From: Leptospira sp.
GTDB taxonomy: Bacteria; Spirochaetota; Leptospiria; Leptospirales; Leptospiraceae
Length of the DNA: 64,000 bases
Direction of reading: 5' to 3'
NCBI GenBank assembly: GCA_034439575.1
Contig: JAWXAQ010000008.1
Coordinates: 271,359-335,358 of the forward strand
The notes beneath the pieces were generated by a model that saw nothing but the letters and a program-made list of their open reading frames with translations, ran no database searches and was not told the DNA's origin. Positions 1 through 9,630 of this stretch are shown in pieces; position 1 is the stretch's first letter, and every line of letters starts with the position of its first letter. A program made the translations under genes and the position numbers.

Positions 1-1
1 T

Positions 2-883
2 TATCTCATTAACGATCTGAACGAAGACATCCGTAAGGCTGTAGACAAACATCTCGACAAATTATTGAAAAAAACGGGGCTGATCGAAGAAATCAAAATG
101 GTGATGGAGCGTAGAACTCAGCTAAAACAGCTCGAGGACGCGCAGAAAGGCCTCCGTAAGGCATCTCGGAACAACATTCCTAAGCTTATGCCTCCGACAG
201 GAAAACCAAACGATGATGGACGGATTTTATTTGTGGCGGAAGGGGACTCGGCGATTGCAGGACTAAGACCAGCACGAAACCCAAAACTGCACGGTTTATT
301 TCCTCTTCGGGGCAAGCCCTTGAATTGTAAGGGAATGTCACTTGCGAAAGCTATGCAGAACGAAGAAATGAAAAACATCGTAGCGATCGTAGGTTTACCA
401 CTTGATACGAAGGTAAAATCTGTAGATGAACTCAATTATGATAAATTAAGTATTATCACGGATGCCGATTTTGACGGTTATGCGATCAGATCACTGATGT
501 TATCTTTTTTCTATGAGTATTGGCCAGAACTTTATGATTTAGGTTTTATCGCTGTATCCGCGGCTCCACTTTTTGAAGTAGATGTTAAGTGGAAAGATGG
601 CAAAAAAGAAACCGTATTTTGTATCGATGATTCCGACTATGATAAGTTAGTTGCAAAGGTCGCCAAATCAGGCTCTGAGATTACACGTAAAAAACGGAAT
701 AAAGGTCTCGGCGAAACCGGCAAAGAAGCTATGAAGTACGCAGTAGATCATTGTATGACAGTTATTACCATCGCCAATAAAAAAAGTGCCAAAAATATCC
801 AAGAACTTTGGTTTCACAAAGATTATGCGGAGAAGAGAAGAGAAGCTATCTCTGAGTATGCGATGAGTGTGATCCAAGATTAA
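2..883 (+). CDS. Type IIA DNA topoisomerase subunit B (ParE/GyrB-like), C-terminal TOPRIM part; 5' truncated by window edge
   Basis: Motifs [18 protein letters not shown] and RNKGLGE. The frame is open back to base 2 ([12 protein letters not shown]...), so the start lies upstream of the window. Confidence 0.9.
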   Translation, partial: YLINDLNEDIRKAVDKHLDKLLKKTGLIEEIKMVMERRTQLKQLEDAQKGLRKASRNNIPKLMPPTGKPNDDGRILFVAEGDSAIAGLRPARNPKLHGLFPLRGKPLNCKGMSLAKAMQNEEMKNIVAIVGLPLDTKVKSVDELNYDKLSIITDADFDGYAIRSLMLSFFYEYWPELYDLGFIAVSAAPLFEVDVKWKDGKKETVFCIDDSDYDKLVAKVAKSGSEITRKKRNKGLGETGKEAMKYAVDHCMTVITIANKKSAKNIQELWFHKDYAEKRREAISEYAMSVIQD

Positions 884-992
884 TCAGATTCATTTCGAAT
901 GTTAGACTGGATTTTTTTAAACTACAGCACCTTTCCATCAAATCTTTAAATGATTAATTCAATGATGGGAAGAAATCCTAAGTTTTCACCAG

Positions 993-1031
993 AAAAAAAA
1001 GGGATCCTTGGTTTAACTAGAATCCCTTTTT
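993..1031. terminator. Probable bidirectional intrinsic terminator between convergent genes
   Basis: A8-gggatccttg-gtttaa-ctagaatccc-T5 imperfect hairpin flanked by A and T tracts. Confidence 0.65.
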
Positions 1032-1067
1032 AAATAATTGAGTTAGCTTATGGAAAGTTAATTCGAA

Positions 1068-1376
1068 TTATTCCCCGTAAACAATCGTACAAGTACGGTG
1101 AAAGAACCAAAAATAAGATTCAATCTCGTAGTCTACCACGGATATTTTTTTAATTCCACCTTTCTCAGCGACATGCCCTACACCAGCATCACCGATCTCA
1201 TAGAGATAAAAAAATCCAGTACGACAGCCTTTTTCTTTCTTAGTTCCTATATCGTTTGAAGTTACCCAACTGTTCCCATTTGCCTTAACAATAATAGCTG
1301 GCGTAACCATAGTCGTACAATTAAAAACTGAAAAAGTCAAAGCCGCTAAGATAACAAGCTTTAAAATATTTTTCAT
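1068..1376 (-). CDS. TRL-like family lipoprotein
   Basis: Lipoprotein signal (MKNILK...SVFNC). Pattern K.KGC...GDAGV...A..GGIKKIS.VDY...CTIVYGE is typical of TRL-like proteins. Confidence 0.75.
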   Translation of the reverse strand: MKNILKLVILAALTFSVFNCTTMVTPAIIVKANGNSWVTSNDIGTKKEKGCRTGFFYLYEIGDAGVGHVAEKGGIKKISVVDYEIESYFWFFHRTCTIVYGE

Positions 1377-1380
1377 ATTT

Positions 1381-1749
1381 TTAATCTCCTGAAGCTATGA
1401 TGCAATCTTTTGAAAATAATGGAATGTACGCAGTAAAAGGAGTTTGTAAAATCCTCATCCTTTCATAAGAAACATGCTTTACTTTTGTCATAGCTCCAGA
1501 CCTCATTGCCGTTGGTAAAGAGGCATCGCCCCAAGCAAAAAGATATAGTGCTTGAGATTGGCAAGCCTCTCCTTTTTTGCCACCTAAGTCTGGAGTAATA
1601 TCCTCGGACCTAACTGTACTCGTATAAATTGCCCCTGCATTATCGTACCCATGAATCCCTTTTGTTGGTTCCAAAGAATTCAATAAGGTACCGCAATTAA
1701 CAAACTGACTTAGTGTAAAACAAATCATCAAAATTTTTACTATTTTCAT
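1381..1749 (-). CDS. TRL-like family lipoprotein (tandem paralogue)
   Basis: Likely start MKIVKIL...QFVNC (lipobox). KKGEAC...AWGDAS...A...G.MTKVKHVSY...CIIASGD. Confidence 0.75.
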   Translation of the reverse strand: MKIVKILMICFTLSQFVNCGTLLNSLEPTKGIHGYDNAGAIYTSTVRSEDITPDLGGKKGEACQSQALYLFAWGDASLPTAMRSGAMTKVKHVSYERMRILQTPFTAYIPLFSKDCIIASGD

Positions 1750-1956
1750 TTTAACCCCTGTGTGACGAACGATTAGGTGTTTGTTTAAAAAGTAAAACAT
1801 TTTTTCATATTATAATATATTGTATAATTCTGTAAGGCGGTGACCGACATTCGTTTTTGGAGAAGGTAAATCTATCGAACCATTTCTGCCCACCATAGGA
1901 TCTGTAATGCGAATGCCCAGGTAGTAGTGGTAAACTTGGTAATGATTTATAGAATT

Positions 1957-2202
1957 CTATATATATATATAAATTTCAAAGATAATTCCAAATTCAGGAT
2001 TAACCATGAGACTAATTGGAGATGGTAATCTTTGCAAGTTATATACACTTACAGCTATTTTACGGTGGAAGCCGAGTTCTCTCCCGAGTTCATTTTCATT
2101 CAATTCTTTGGCAGATTTAGGAGCCAGAAATTGTAATAATCTGCTAAAATCTTCGTAAGATTGTAAATCCTCGCCAAAATATTTGGATGATGGAGAATAT
2201 AT
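1957..2202 (-). pseudogene. Remnant of an AAA+/DUF4143-family ATP-binding protein gene
   Basis: Start-less open stretch reading EDLQSYEDFSRLLQFLAPKSAKELNENELGRELGFHRKIA...GIIFEIYI*. Resembles the winged-helix region of the intact family member at 8451-9614. Confidence 0.5.
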
Positions 2203-2270
2203 TTATTTTTGGCTCAGAATATTCTCTTCCAAATTTTGACTCTTAAATATAAAGTCAAATATCAGATTTT

Positions 2271-3593
2271 CTATGGAAAATTTTTCTTATTTCTGTAATG
2301 TGCGATATAGGTAACACCTATCAATGCACCTACGGGAACTGCAAAATAAATATGCACTTGGATTAGACCCGCGATCATACCGAGTATCCCACCTAAAAAC
2401 TGTATAACGACAAGATTCCCGCCAGTATTGTCTAAAATCATTTTTTCAAGTTCGTCAGTGTCAAGTTCCATAACTCGCTCTTCTACAAGGGCTGTAACAT
2501 TGATTTTGTGGACAAATTTTTCAATGTTCTTTTTCAGATAAACTTTTCCTTCTTCACTATTCATAAATTCAAGCACTCTTCTAATAACCCAATCCATCGC
2601 TCGTAAGAAATTTTTATCAATTTCTTCCCAGTTGTTTGGATCATCTAGATACTGCTGTAATCTTTCTATCCCTGTCGGTAAAAGGTTTTGTCTCGCGTAA
2701 TCACCGCTAGCTGATAACCAATCTGAAATTTTTGCAGTAATAAAATCTTGTGTTTCTTTTGAATTCAGACGTTCTTGCAATCTTCCCATTGCTTCATCCA
2801 TCAATCCCATAAATTGGCCAGAAGTTTCTGGATCTTGAATGAATCTTTCTAATAATTCGCGAATTGCTTCATCGTTAAAGGAAAAAATCTTTTTCACACC
2901 AATTCCAATTTTGCCTAATGTGTTGCGGCTTCTAAGATATTCTTCCAAACCTTCGTTTAACATGTTCGCCAACTTCGGCATTTCTTCTAAAAGAAGAACG
3001 CGCAATTGATTTCCAATTTCTTCGCGGTTTGTTTGTTCGGTGAGGTATTCCATAACTTTAGTGCGAGTATAGATCCAAAGTTTTTGGACTTCTTCAGGTC
3101 TTTGTGCCATCTTTTTTATGGTTTCTTCTGAAAAGTCAAAGATAACTTCTAATATTTCCGGACCACGTTCTTTTAGTAAGGTGACGATCTTTGTGACTAA
3201 AATTTCTCGTATATCATCATTATGTAAGGCTTCATCAATCTCTTTGGCAATTTTTTGAAGGCCTGATTCTACGAGATTTCGTTCATAAATATATGCGAGA
3301 ATAATGTCTGGATGTAAAAGGTTTGTCTGAATACTTTCACCTAAAGACTTTGCAATTTTTGGTTTGTTTTTGGGAACAAGTCCAGACCAACCGAGTACTT
3401 TGCCGTGTTTTGGCTGAAATAACATTTTGATCGCAAGAAAATTTGTAAAATATCCGACCACTCCTGCCATAAGAATCACAAAACAGGCATTAACCCAAAT
3501 GTTCCCTTCCCAATAAATTTGGGCGATACCAGCAATTACAGAAAATATAACAAGAAGTTTGCGGTACCAGGAATCTAATTTAGCTACATCCAT
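2271..3593 (-). CDS. DUF445 family membrane protein
   Basis: GYFTNFLAIKMLF.P...GLVPKNK..IAKSLG and C-terminal L.VIQFLGGILG.IAG. Start reassigned to MDVAKL, just after the upstream stop. Confidence 0.85.
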   Translation of the reverse strand: MDVAKLDSWYRKLLVIFSVIAGIAQIYWEGNIWVNACFVILMAGVVGYFTNFLAIKMLFQPKHGKVLGWSGLVPKNKPKIAKSLGESIQTNLLHPDIILAYIYERNLVESGLQKIAKEIDEALHNDDIREILVTKIVTLLKERGPEILEVIFDFSEETIKKMAQRPEEVQKLWIYTRTKVMEYLTEQTNREEIGNQLRVLLLEEMPKLANMLNEGLEEYLRSRNTLGKIGIGVKKIFSFNDEAIRELLERFIQDPETSGQFMGLMDEAMGRLQERLNSKETQDFITAKISDWLSASGDYARQNLLPTGIERLQQYLDDPNNWEEIDKNFLRAMDWVIRRVLEFMNSEEGKVYLKKNIEKFVHKINVTALVEERVMELDTDELEKMILDNTGGNLVVIQFLGGILGMIAGLIQVHIYFAVPVGALIGVTYIAHYRNKKNFP

Positions 3594-3594
3594 T

Positions 3595-4368
3595 TTATTT
3601 TCCGTCTGTATCCATAAACTTGCCTGCACCTTTTCGAATCCAAGACCTTGGCAATAATCCAGCAAGGCCCACAACACCTTGATTAACTGCCCCCGTAATG
3701 CAAACGGCTTGGTTATAACGTAAGCCACGTAGTGATTCAGAAACAACTTCGGCGGCGGTTTGCCACATAAATCCTGGGTATTTTGATTTTTCTATCCCTG
3801 CACGTTGGTGAAAGTCGGAATGGGTAAGACCTGGGCATAATGCCTGTACGTTGATTCCATACGGCAATGCCTCTTCGTGAATGGCTTCCGTAAATGATTT
3901 TACATAAGCTTTAGTCGCCGCATAAGTCGCGCTACCTGGTGCGGGTAAAAACCCAGCAATCGATGCTACATTTATGATAAATCCTCTTTTTCTTTTTTTG
4001 AATTCACGAAGTGCTGTGTGGGAAAGTGTGACAAGTGCTTTTACATTCAAATTTATCTGATCTAATTCTTTTTCCAGATCAAGATTTGCGAATTCACCCA
4101 CTGTACCAAATCCAGCATTGTTTACGAGGAGTTCAAAATCTTTATCTTTTGAAATTATCTCGGATAATTCTTCTTGAGATTTCTTTTTAGATAAATCAAA
4201 GGATATTGCTTTTAATATGCCTCTTGAAGTTGGTTCAAATTCTGCAATCACCTTATTCAAATCAGATAACGAACGTGAGACGAGAAACACGTTGTAGTCT
4301 TTGCATAATGCACGTACAAATTCTTTTCCAATACCTTGTGAAGCTCCAGTGACGTAAGCATTTTTCAT
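3595..4368 (-). CDS. Short-chain dehydrogenase/reductase
   Basis: TGASQGIG, NNAGFG, YAATK. Confidence 0.92.
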   Translation of the reverse strand: MKNAYVTGASQGIGKEFVRALCKDYNVFLVSRSLSDLNKVIAEFEPTSRGILKAISFDLSKKKSQEELSEIISKDKDFELLVNNAGFGTVGEFANLDLEKELDQINLNVKALVTLSHTALREFKKRKRGFIINVASIAGFLPAPGSATYAATKAYVKSFTEAIHEEALPYGINVQALCPGLTHSDFHQRAGIEKSKYPGFMWQTAAEVVSESLRGLRYNQAVCITGAVNQGVVGLAGLLPRSWIRKGAGKFMDTDGK

Positions 4369-4793
4369 GTTTGTGGTTTCCTTATCATTATGATCGCTGT
4401 TGATTTGTCGGGATAATAATTCTTGCGGGTTTCCAAAACGGTAAAACCCATTTTTTTATACAATTGAATTGCACTTTCATTAGATTCTTTTACTTCCAAA
4501 AAAAAATCTTTTTTAGGAAATGTTTCAAATAAATTTGTGAATAAGAATTGGCCAACACCTTGCCTTTGATAGGTGGGAGCAGTGGCAATTCGAAAAATTT
4601 CAACTTCCCATGGTGTTTCACAAATCAAGGCATAACCTTTCAAATCATTGTCTCTCCAAAAATATGCCGCATGAAATTCAAGATGCGTTCGTAGCATTTT
4701 TTCTGTCCAAGTTTCAGAAGGAAAACAGATTGATTCTAGCTGAATCAGTTCAGGTAAATCCGTTTCTGAAATTAACTGAAAATTAGGAGACAT
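4365..4793 (-). CDS. GNAT acetyltransferase, RimI-like
   Basis: QRQGVG motif A, LEV.ESN..AI.LY.K.GF...RKNYY. Confidence 0.85.
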   Translation of the reverse strand: MSPNFQLISETDLPELIQLESICFPSETWTEKMLRTHLEFHAAYFWRDNDLKGYALICETPWEVEIFRIATAPTYQRQGVGQFLFTNLFETFPKKDFFLEVKESNESAIQLYKKMGFTVLETRKNYYPDKSTAIIMIRKPQT

Positions 4794-4844
4794 AATCTCA
4801 TTTTTTTCTAGCCAGGCAAAAGAAAGAAACTAAATTCGAACATT

Positions 4845-5720
4845 ATGAAAAGAAAAGTAGGGCTTTTTTTGGCCTTGGTTTTTATTTCCCTTTCTTGTGA
4901 ACAAATTACCAACTTAACCAAATCTCGTTATCAAAAAAATAATCTAAACAAACCACCGAAAGAATCAGAATTAACGCATTGGGCTGAAAAACTGGCCTTA
5001 GAAGAAGCAGAAATTGAAGAAATGGATCAGAAAATCCGTAAAATGGTCCAAAAGTCAAACCAAGCGGGAGCACTTGCCTGGAAAATCGCGCGAGGCTATA
5101 TGCGTTCTGGTTCGTTTGAAATTAGCTCTCGTTATTACCAAGAGGCGATAGGCGAGGAGATGAAAAAACAAGAATACGAGCTTCATAATTTCGAATCGGC
5201 TCTACCTTATTTTGAAAAAGCTATGGCGAATGGGAAACTCGATAAACAATTGTTATATGAGTCGGCTCTCGCTTTTGCGAATGCATCGAAAGATATGGGA
5301 TGGGAACCGGAACGACGAAAAAAGGCGATTTCACTTTTCAAACAACTTGCGCGACTTGATAATAAAGATACTCGTTTTCCCTTTCAATTGGCTTTGATAT
5401 ATTTTGATTCTTCCTTGAAAGGCGAAGCTTGGGGTGGCAAGGTAAATGCGGGTTATGATGAATTGAACGATGCATTTATTCTCTTGGATCAGATTTTAAA
5501 AATAGAACCTTATAATGTGCCAGCAAGATTTGCTCGGGCAAATTTTTTATATCAGATTGGTAAGGGCAATTCCTCCATCAATGAATACATTCGTATCAAA
5601 GGGATATTGGAAGAGATGAAGGCAAATGGGGCGATCAAAGAATCATTAGAAGAAAATTCATCCTACCAAAATGCAATTAAAAATTTAAATAAGTTACGGA
5701 ACCAAACTACAGAACCTTAA
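4845..5720 (+). CDS. TPR-containing lipoprotein, hypothetical
   Basis: Lipobox FISLSC followed by helical TPR-like repeats. Confidence 0.65.
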   Translation: MKRKVGLFLALVFISLSCEQITNLTKSRYQKNNLNKPPKESELTHWAEKLALEEAEIEEMDQKIRKMVQKSNQAGALAWKIARGYMRSGSFEISSRYYQEAIGEEMKKQEYELHNFESALPYFEKAMANGKLDKQLLYESALAFANASKDMGWEPERRKKAISLFKQLARLDNKDTRFPFQLALIYFDSSLKGEAWGGKVNAGYDELNDAFILLDQILKIEPYNVPARFARANFLYQIGKGNSSINEYIRIKGILEEMKANGAIKESLEENSSYQNAIKNLNKLRNQTTEP

Positions 5721-5729
5721 ACCTTTCTT

Positions 5730-6698
5730 TTGGTGTATCCAAGAGAATATTTTTCTCATCCGAGGATTGCTTCTTTTTGCCATAGAACAAATATTTGGCG
5801 AAATGTGAGCTCTATAAATGAATTAAGTAAACTTTTGATTCAACTCATTGACAGGAAAGAAAAGAAACGATTTGAATCTGAATGTTTGATTTTGAATAAA
5901 AATCCACTTCCAGAAATGGTGGATATTTATTCAGAAGACTATCCCGAACAATTACGTGAAATTTACGATCCACCGCTAGTTCTTAGTTATTTGGGAAATA
6001 TCAAATTATTAAAAAAAAAATTGCTCGGTGTCGTAGGGACAAGAAAAGCATCGAAAATATCCCTTCTTGGAACACGTTTATTAATTCAAAAAATTAAGGA
6101 TTTTGATCCTGATATCGGCATTGTTTCAGGAATGGCGCTGGGAATTGATAGAGAAGCTTTTACGGAAGCTATGAAATTGGATCTGTCTGTGGTTGGCCTA
6201 CTTGGGACAAGTGTGACAGAGGAATACCCTCCTGGGAATCGTGATCTGTACCTGCGGATGAAGGCATCAAATAATGCTTTGTTTCTATCGGAATATATTC
6301 TTCCGACGACGCCTGCTCGTTGGACCTTTCCGAAACGCAATCGTTTGATATCTGGTCTTTCATCTGACATATACATTATGGAATCTGGAAAAAAATCTGG
6401 AACTCTCTCTACTGCAATGAGCGCCCTTTCTCAAAATCGAGATATCCATGTATTCAATCATCCGTTGCAATTGGATAATGAAGGTGGAAAAAGTTTGCTC
6501 CGTGATGGTGCGGAAGAACTTAAGTTTGAATTTATTTCACATAACAAAGGTTTTTTGGAAAAACCAGAATTCTATTCATCTCGAAAAATTTATAATGATG
6601 TAGAGTGGAAAGAGGCGCGGTTTAAAGAAATCCTTTATCAAAGATCGGGAAATAAAACGCCCCTAGGACAGGGCGTTTATTGGGTGGCTACTCCTTAA
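5730..6698 (+). CDS. dprA: DNA-processing protein DprA/Smf
   Basis: YPEQLREIYDPP, VVGTR, IVSGMALGID, FPKRNRLISGLS, SGTLSTA. Confidence 0.92.
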   Translation: MVYPREYFSHPRIASFCHRTNIWRNVSSINELSKLLIQLIDRKEKKRFESECLILNKNPLPEMVDIYSEDYPEQLREIYDPPLVLSYLGNIKLLKKKLLGVVGTRKASKISLLGTRLLIQKIKDFDPDIGIVSGMALGIDREAFTEAMKLDLSVVGLLGTSVTEEYPPGNRDLYLRMKASNNALFLSEYILPTTPARWTFPKRNRLISGLSSDIYIMESGKKSGTLSTAMSALSQNRDIHVFNHPLQLDNEGGKSLLRDGAEELKFEFISHNKGFLEKPEFYSSRKIYNDVEWKEARFKEILYQRSGNKTPLGQGVYWVATP

Positions 6699-7722
6699 AG
6701 AAATAACCAGCGGCTGTAGCGATCACATAAATGACTAATAGTAGAATCCCGATAGGTCTTTTGATTGTATCTTTGGAAAAAAAGATTCCAGCACGAAACA
6801 CGAGTAAAACGAGTATCATCGCAGGAAAATAGAATTGGAAGAAATTTTTTGGAGCAAAAAGTCCTGAGGTAGTGACCGCCGCCGCCGCGCCTGAAACAAA
6901 AAGTACATTTAATATATCAGCACCGATGATATTACCTATGGCAAGTTCGGAGTGTCCTCTTCTGGATGCTTGAACGGCCGTTACAAGCTCAGGAAGAGAT
7001 GTTCCAAAAGCTACGAGTGTTGCCCCAATGATTGAGTCAGGAATATAAAGAATGCGTGCCGTAATTTCTACAGCGGGAATTAAAACTTGGGAAGATAAAA
7101 TGACGATAGCTATCGCGATTACTAATTTAACGATAATGATCGCAAGGGATGAGTTATCAATTTCGGTTGTATCGTCAATGCCTGCCTCTGTATCTCCTGG
7201 TTTTGTTCGTGACCAACGGATACTTAAGTAAATGTACAAACCTAATAAAAATAAAAAGAATATTCCCGTGCCTTGTGTGATCCTTCCGCCATCTTTGAAA
7301 GCGGAACCAAAATCCAACCAAGGTGTTGCGGCAAATACCAAAAGGAAACCAGCACCGACTTGGATCCAACCTTGACGATTCACCAACCTTTTATCAATGC
7401 TAGGTGGTGAAATCAAAATGGCGATACCCAAAATCAATCCCGTATCACAGATGATAGAACCTACAGCGTTTCCGAGGGCAATCCCAGGATTTCCTTCCAA
7501 TGCGGAAATGACAGAAACCGAAACTTCAGGCAAGGTTGTCCCAAGGCTGACAAGTGTCGCACCGATGATCATTTTAGGAACGCCCCATCGCAAAGAAAGG
7601 GAAACTGCTTCGTCCACAAGGACATCAGCGGCTTTGCCCAAACAAAGAATGGACGCAATGATCACAAGGATCAGAAGTGGGAGAGGAAATGCTTGAAAGC
7701 TATTATGTAAAAATTCATCCAT
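6688..7722 (-). CDS. Ca2+/Na+ antiporter (YrbG/CaCA family)
   Basis: Two alpha-repeats, GTTLPE...GNAVGS and GTSLPE...GNIIGA; about 10 TM segments. Confidence 0.92.
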   Translation of the reverse strand: MDEFLHNSFQAFPLPLLILVIIASILCLGKAADVLVDEAVSLSLRWGVPKMIIGATLVSLGTTLPEVSVSVISALEGNPGIALGNAVGSIICDTGLILGIAILISPPSIDKRLVNRQGWIQVGAGFLLVFAATPWLDFGSAFKDGGRITQGTGIFFLFLLGLYIYLSIRWSRTKPGDTEAGIDDTTEIDNSSLAIIIVKLVIAIAIVILSSQVLIPAVEITARILYIPDSIIGATLVAFGTSLPELVTAVQASRRGHSELAIGNIIGADILNVLFVSGAAAAVTTSGLFAPKNFFQFYFPAMILVLLVFRAGIFFSKDTIKRPIGILLLVIYVIATAAGYFFKE

Positions 7723-7738
7723 GGATAAACGCCAATCT

Positions 7739-8362
7739 ATGATCTACCCAATTCATTATCGAGTCTTTCTTATTCTCTTCACTCTTTCTCTACCTACATT
7801 TTTATATGCGGATCCCAAATTGCCAAAGGATCCGACCCTTCCGCAAATGCCTGTAGAAGAAAAAAAAGACGAACGAGACGCTAGAGGTGAGATAAGAGAA
7901 AAACGAACCAATGTGCAAACTCTTACGTTATGTGATGGCAGAACCATTCGCGGGGAAGGGGAAGTTTTAGGAGAAGGTTTTACCCTCGTTCATACCAAAG
8001 ATGGAATCGAATACCGCAAAAAATTGAAATGGGAGGAAATCGAATCCATTAAAATAGATAGCTGGGAATTGAAACAAAAGAAGGAAGAAAAAAAAGGAAT
8101 TTCGTTTGAAGCATTCCCCAAAAAAGTCCGGATCAGAACCAGAAATGGGGAAGTCTTTTACAAGGATACTGGCCTTGCCGATTTAAAATTATTAAATTTA
8201 TCCATCAAAAATAATAACGGAAGTGCAAATGTATTTTCCTATTGGATTGATTTACGTTATACGAACGGATCTTGGTTTTCTGGACTTCCGCAAATGAAAG
8301 GCGAATCCTTAGTACGTGAGGATTGTTTTAAAGATGTAGTGCGAATGATAGAATGGGAATGA
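7739..8362 (+). CDS. Hypothetical secreted protein
   Basis: Signal-peptide-like N-terminus; start is either 7721 or 7739. Confidence 0.6.
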   Translation: MIYPIHYRVFLILFTLSLPTFLYADPKLPKDPTLPQMPVEEKKDERDARGEIREKRTNVQTLTLCDGRTIRGEGEVLGEGFTLVHTKDGIEYRKKLKWEEIESIKIDSWELKQKKEEKKGISFEAFPKKVRIRTRNGEVFYKDTGLADLKLLNLSIKNNNGSANVFSYWIDLRYTNGSWFSGLPQMKGESLVREDCFKDVVRMIEWE

Positions 8363-8450
8363 TGGATATGCGAATTGATTTCAATTTGAGGGTTTTCTCA
8401 TATATAATTTAGCTTGACTATATCCAAAAAAAGGCGGACATTTATTGGGT

Positions 8451-9614
8451 ATGTTCAAGAGGATATTGAAACCGAGTTTGACTAGGAGTTTTTTTCTTTT
8501 TGGTCCTCGATCAACGGGTAAATCAACTCTATTGAATGAGATGCTTCCCGAATCCGCCGCGCTTTGGATTGATTTACTTGATCCTGACACAGAACGCGAA
8601 TTGGCAAAATCACCGTCCCGACTAGCGACTATATTAGAAGGTGAATTGGCTTCAAATCGCAAACGAAAATGGGTTGTCATTGACGAAGTTCAAAAAGTAC
8701 CTGAACTACTAACAGTTGTTCATAAATACATTCAAAAATCAAAATTCTTTTTTGCACTTACTGGTTCCAGCGCTAGAAAATTAAAAAGAAATAATGCTGA
8801 TCTTCTTGGTGGGAGGGCTTCTTGGTTTGAACTGTCTTCACTAAGTCACATTGAACTTGGAAAAAAATTTGATCTAAATCTCGTGTTACAATGGGGTAGT
8901 TTACCCGAAATATTTGAATTATCAGATGAGGACCGTTATAGATTTTTAAAAGCATATGCTAACATCTATCTGAAAGAGGAAATTGTAGCAGAGCAATTGG
9001 TAAGAAAAGTTCAGCCTTTTCGAAACTTCCTTGAGTTAGTCGCTCTGCAGAATGCGCAGATCATTAACTATTCTAAATTCGCGAACGATTGTGGTGTTGA
9101 TATAACAACGATTCAGTCCTACTTTGAGATTTTGATTGATACTCTCATTGGATTCGAGCTACAGCCTTTTCGTTTATCGATTCGAAAGAGACAAAGAACA
9201 AATCCCAAATTTTATTTTTTTGACAATGGTGTAACACGCGCTTTATCCAATTCACTTGAAATCCCAATCCATCCAAAAACCTCTGAATATGGAAAGCAGT
9301 TTGAGCAATATATTATAACTGAAATTATTCGACTCGCAAAAGCGTATGATAAAAATTGGAAGTTTTCCTACCTATCCACTAAGGAAGGAAACGAGATTGA
9401 TTTAATCATTGAGAAGTCTCCCAAAAATATATGTGCGATCGAAATCAAGTCCAACTCAATCGTTGAAGAAATTAAAGTGCGAACTTTTGAGCGTTTAGCA
9501 AGTGATATCCCAAATGTTGAATTATTGTTCATTTCTCAAGATAAAAGTAATCTGAAGATTGGGGATGTGCACTGTCTTTATTGGCGAGATGCAATGTTAA
9601 AGATTTTTGATTAA
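8451..9614 (+). CDS. AAA+ ATPase with DUF4143 / C-terminal PD-(D/E)xK-like domain
   Basis: Walker A GPRSTGKST, Walker B VVIDEVQK, TGSS, LGGRA, KFYFFDNG, EIDLII...AIEIKS. Confidence 0.9.
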   Translation: MFKRILKPSLTRSFFLFGPRSTGKSTLLNEMLPESAALWIDLLDPDTERELAKSPSRLATILEGELASNRKRKWVVIDEVQKVPELLTVVHKYIQKSKFFFALTGSSARKLKRNNADLLGGRASWFELSSLSHIELGKKFDLNLVLQWGSLPEIFELSDEDRYRFLKAYANIYLKEEIVAEQLVRKVQPFRNFLELVALQNAQIINYSKFANDCGVDITTIQSYFEILIDTLIGFELQPFRLSIRKRQRTNPKFYFFDNGVTRALSNSLEIPIHPKTSEYGKQFEQYIITEIIRLAKAYDKNWKFSYLSTKEGNEIDLIIEKSPKNICAIEIKSNSIVEEIKVRTFERLASDIPNVELLFISQDKSNLKIGDVHCLYWRDAMLKIFD

Positions 9615-9630
9615 ACTATTTATTAAAAAT

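Noticed and set aside
1958-1971. (TA)7 microsatellite as a phase-variation tract
   Set aside because: It lies in a pseudogene remnant over 200 bp from the nearest likely start codon; no evidence of function.
3594-3746. Long N-terminal overlap of the DUF445 ORF with the SDR gene (similar extensions at 23985-24002, 27734-27787, 31608-31640, 51076-51105, 54125-54154)
   Set aside because: Artefacts of longest-ORF calling; better starts lie next to the upstream stop codons.
5730-6698. dprA plus ydcS-like transporter as a competence locus
   Set aside because: They are about 19 kb apart, dprA is near-ubiquitous, and no com or pilin genes are present.
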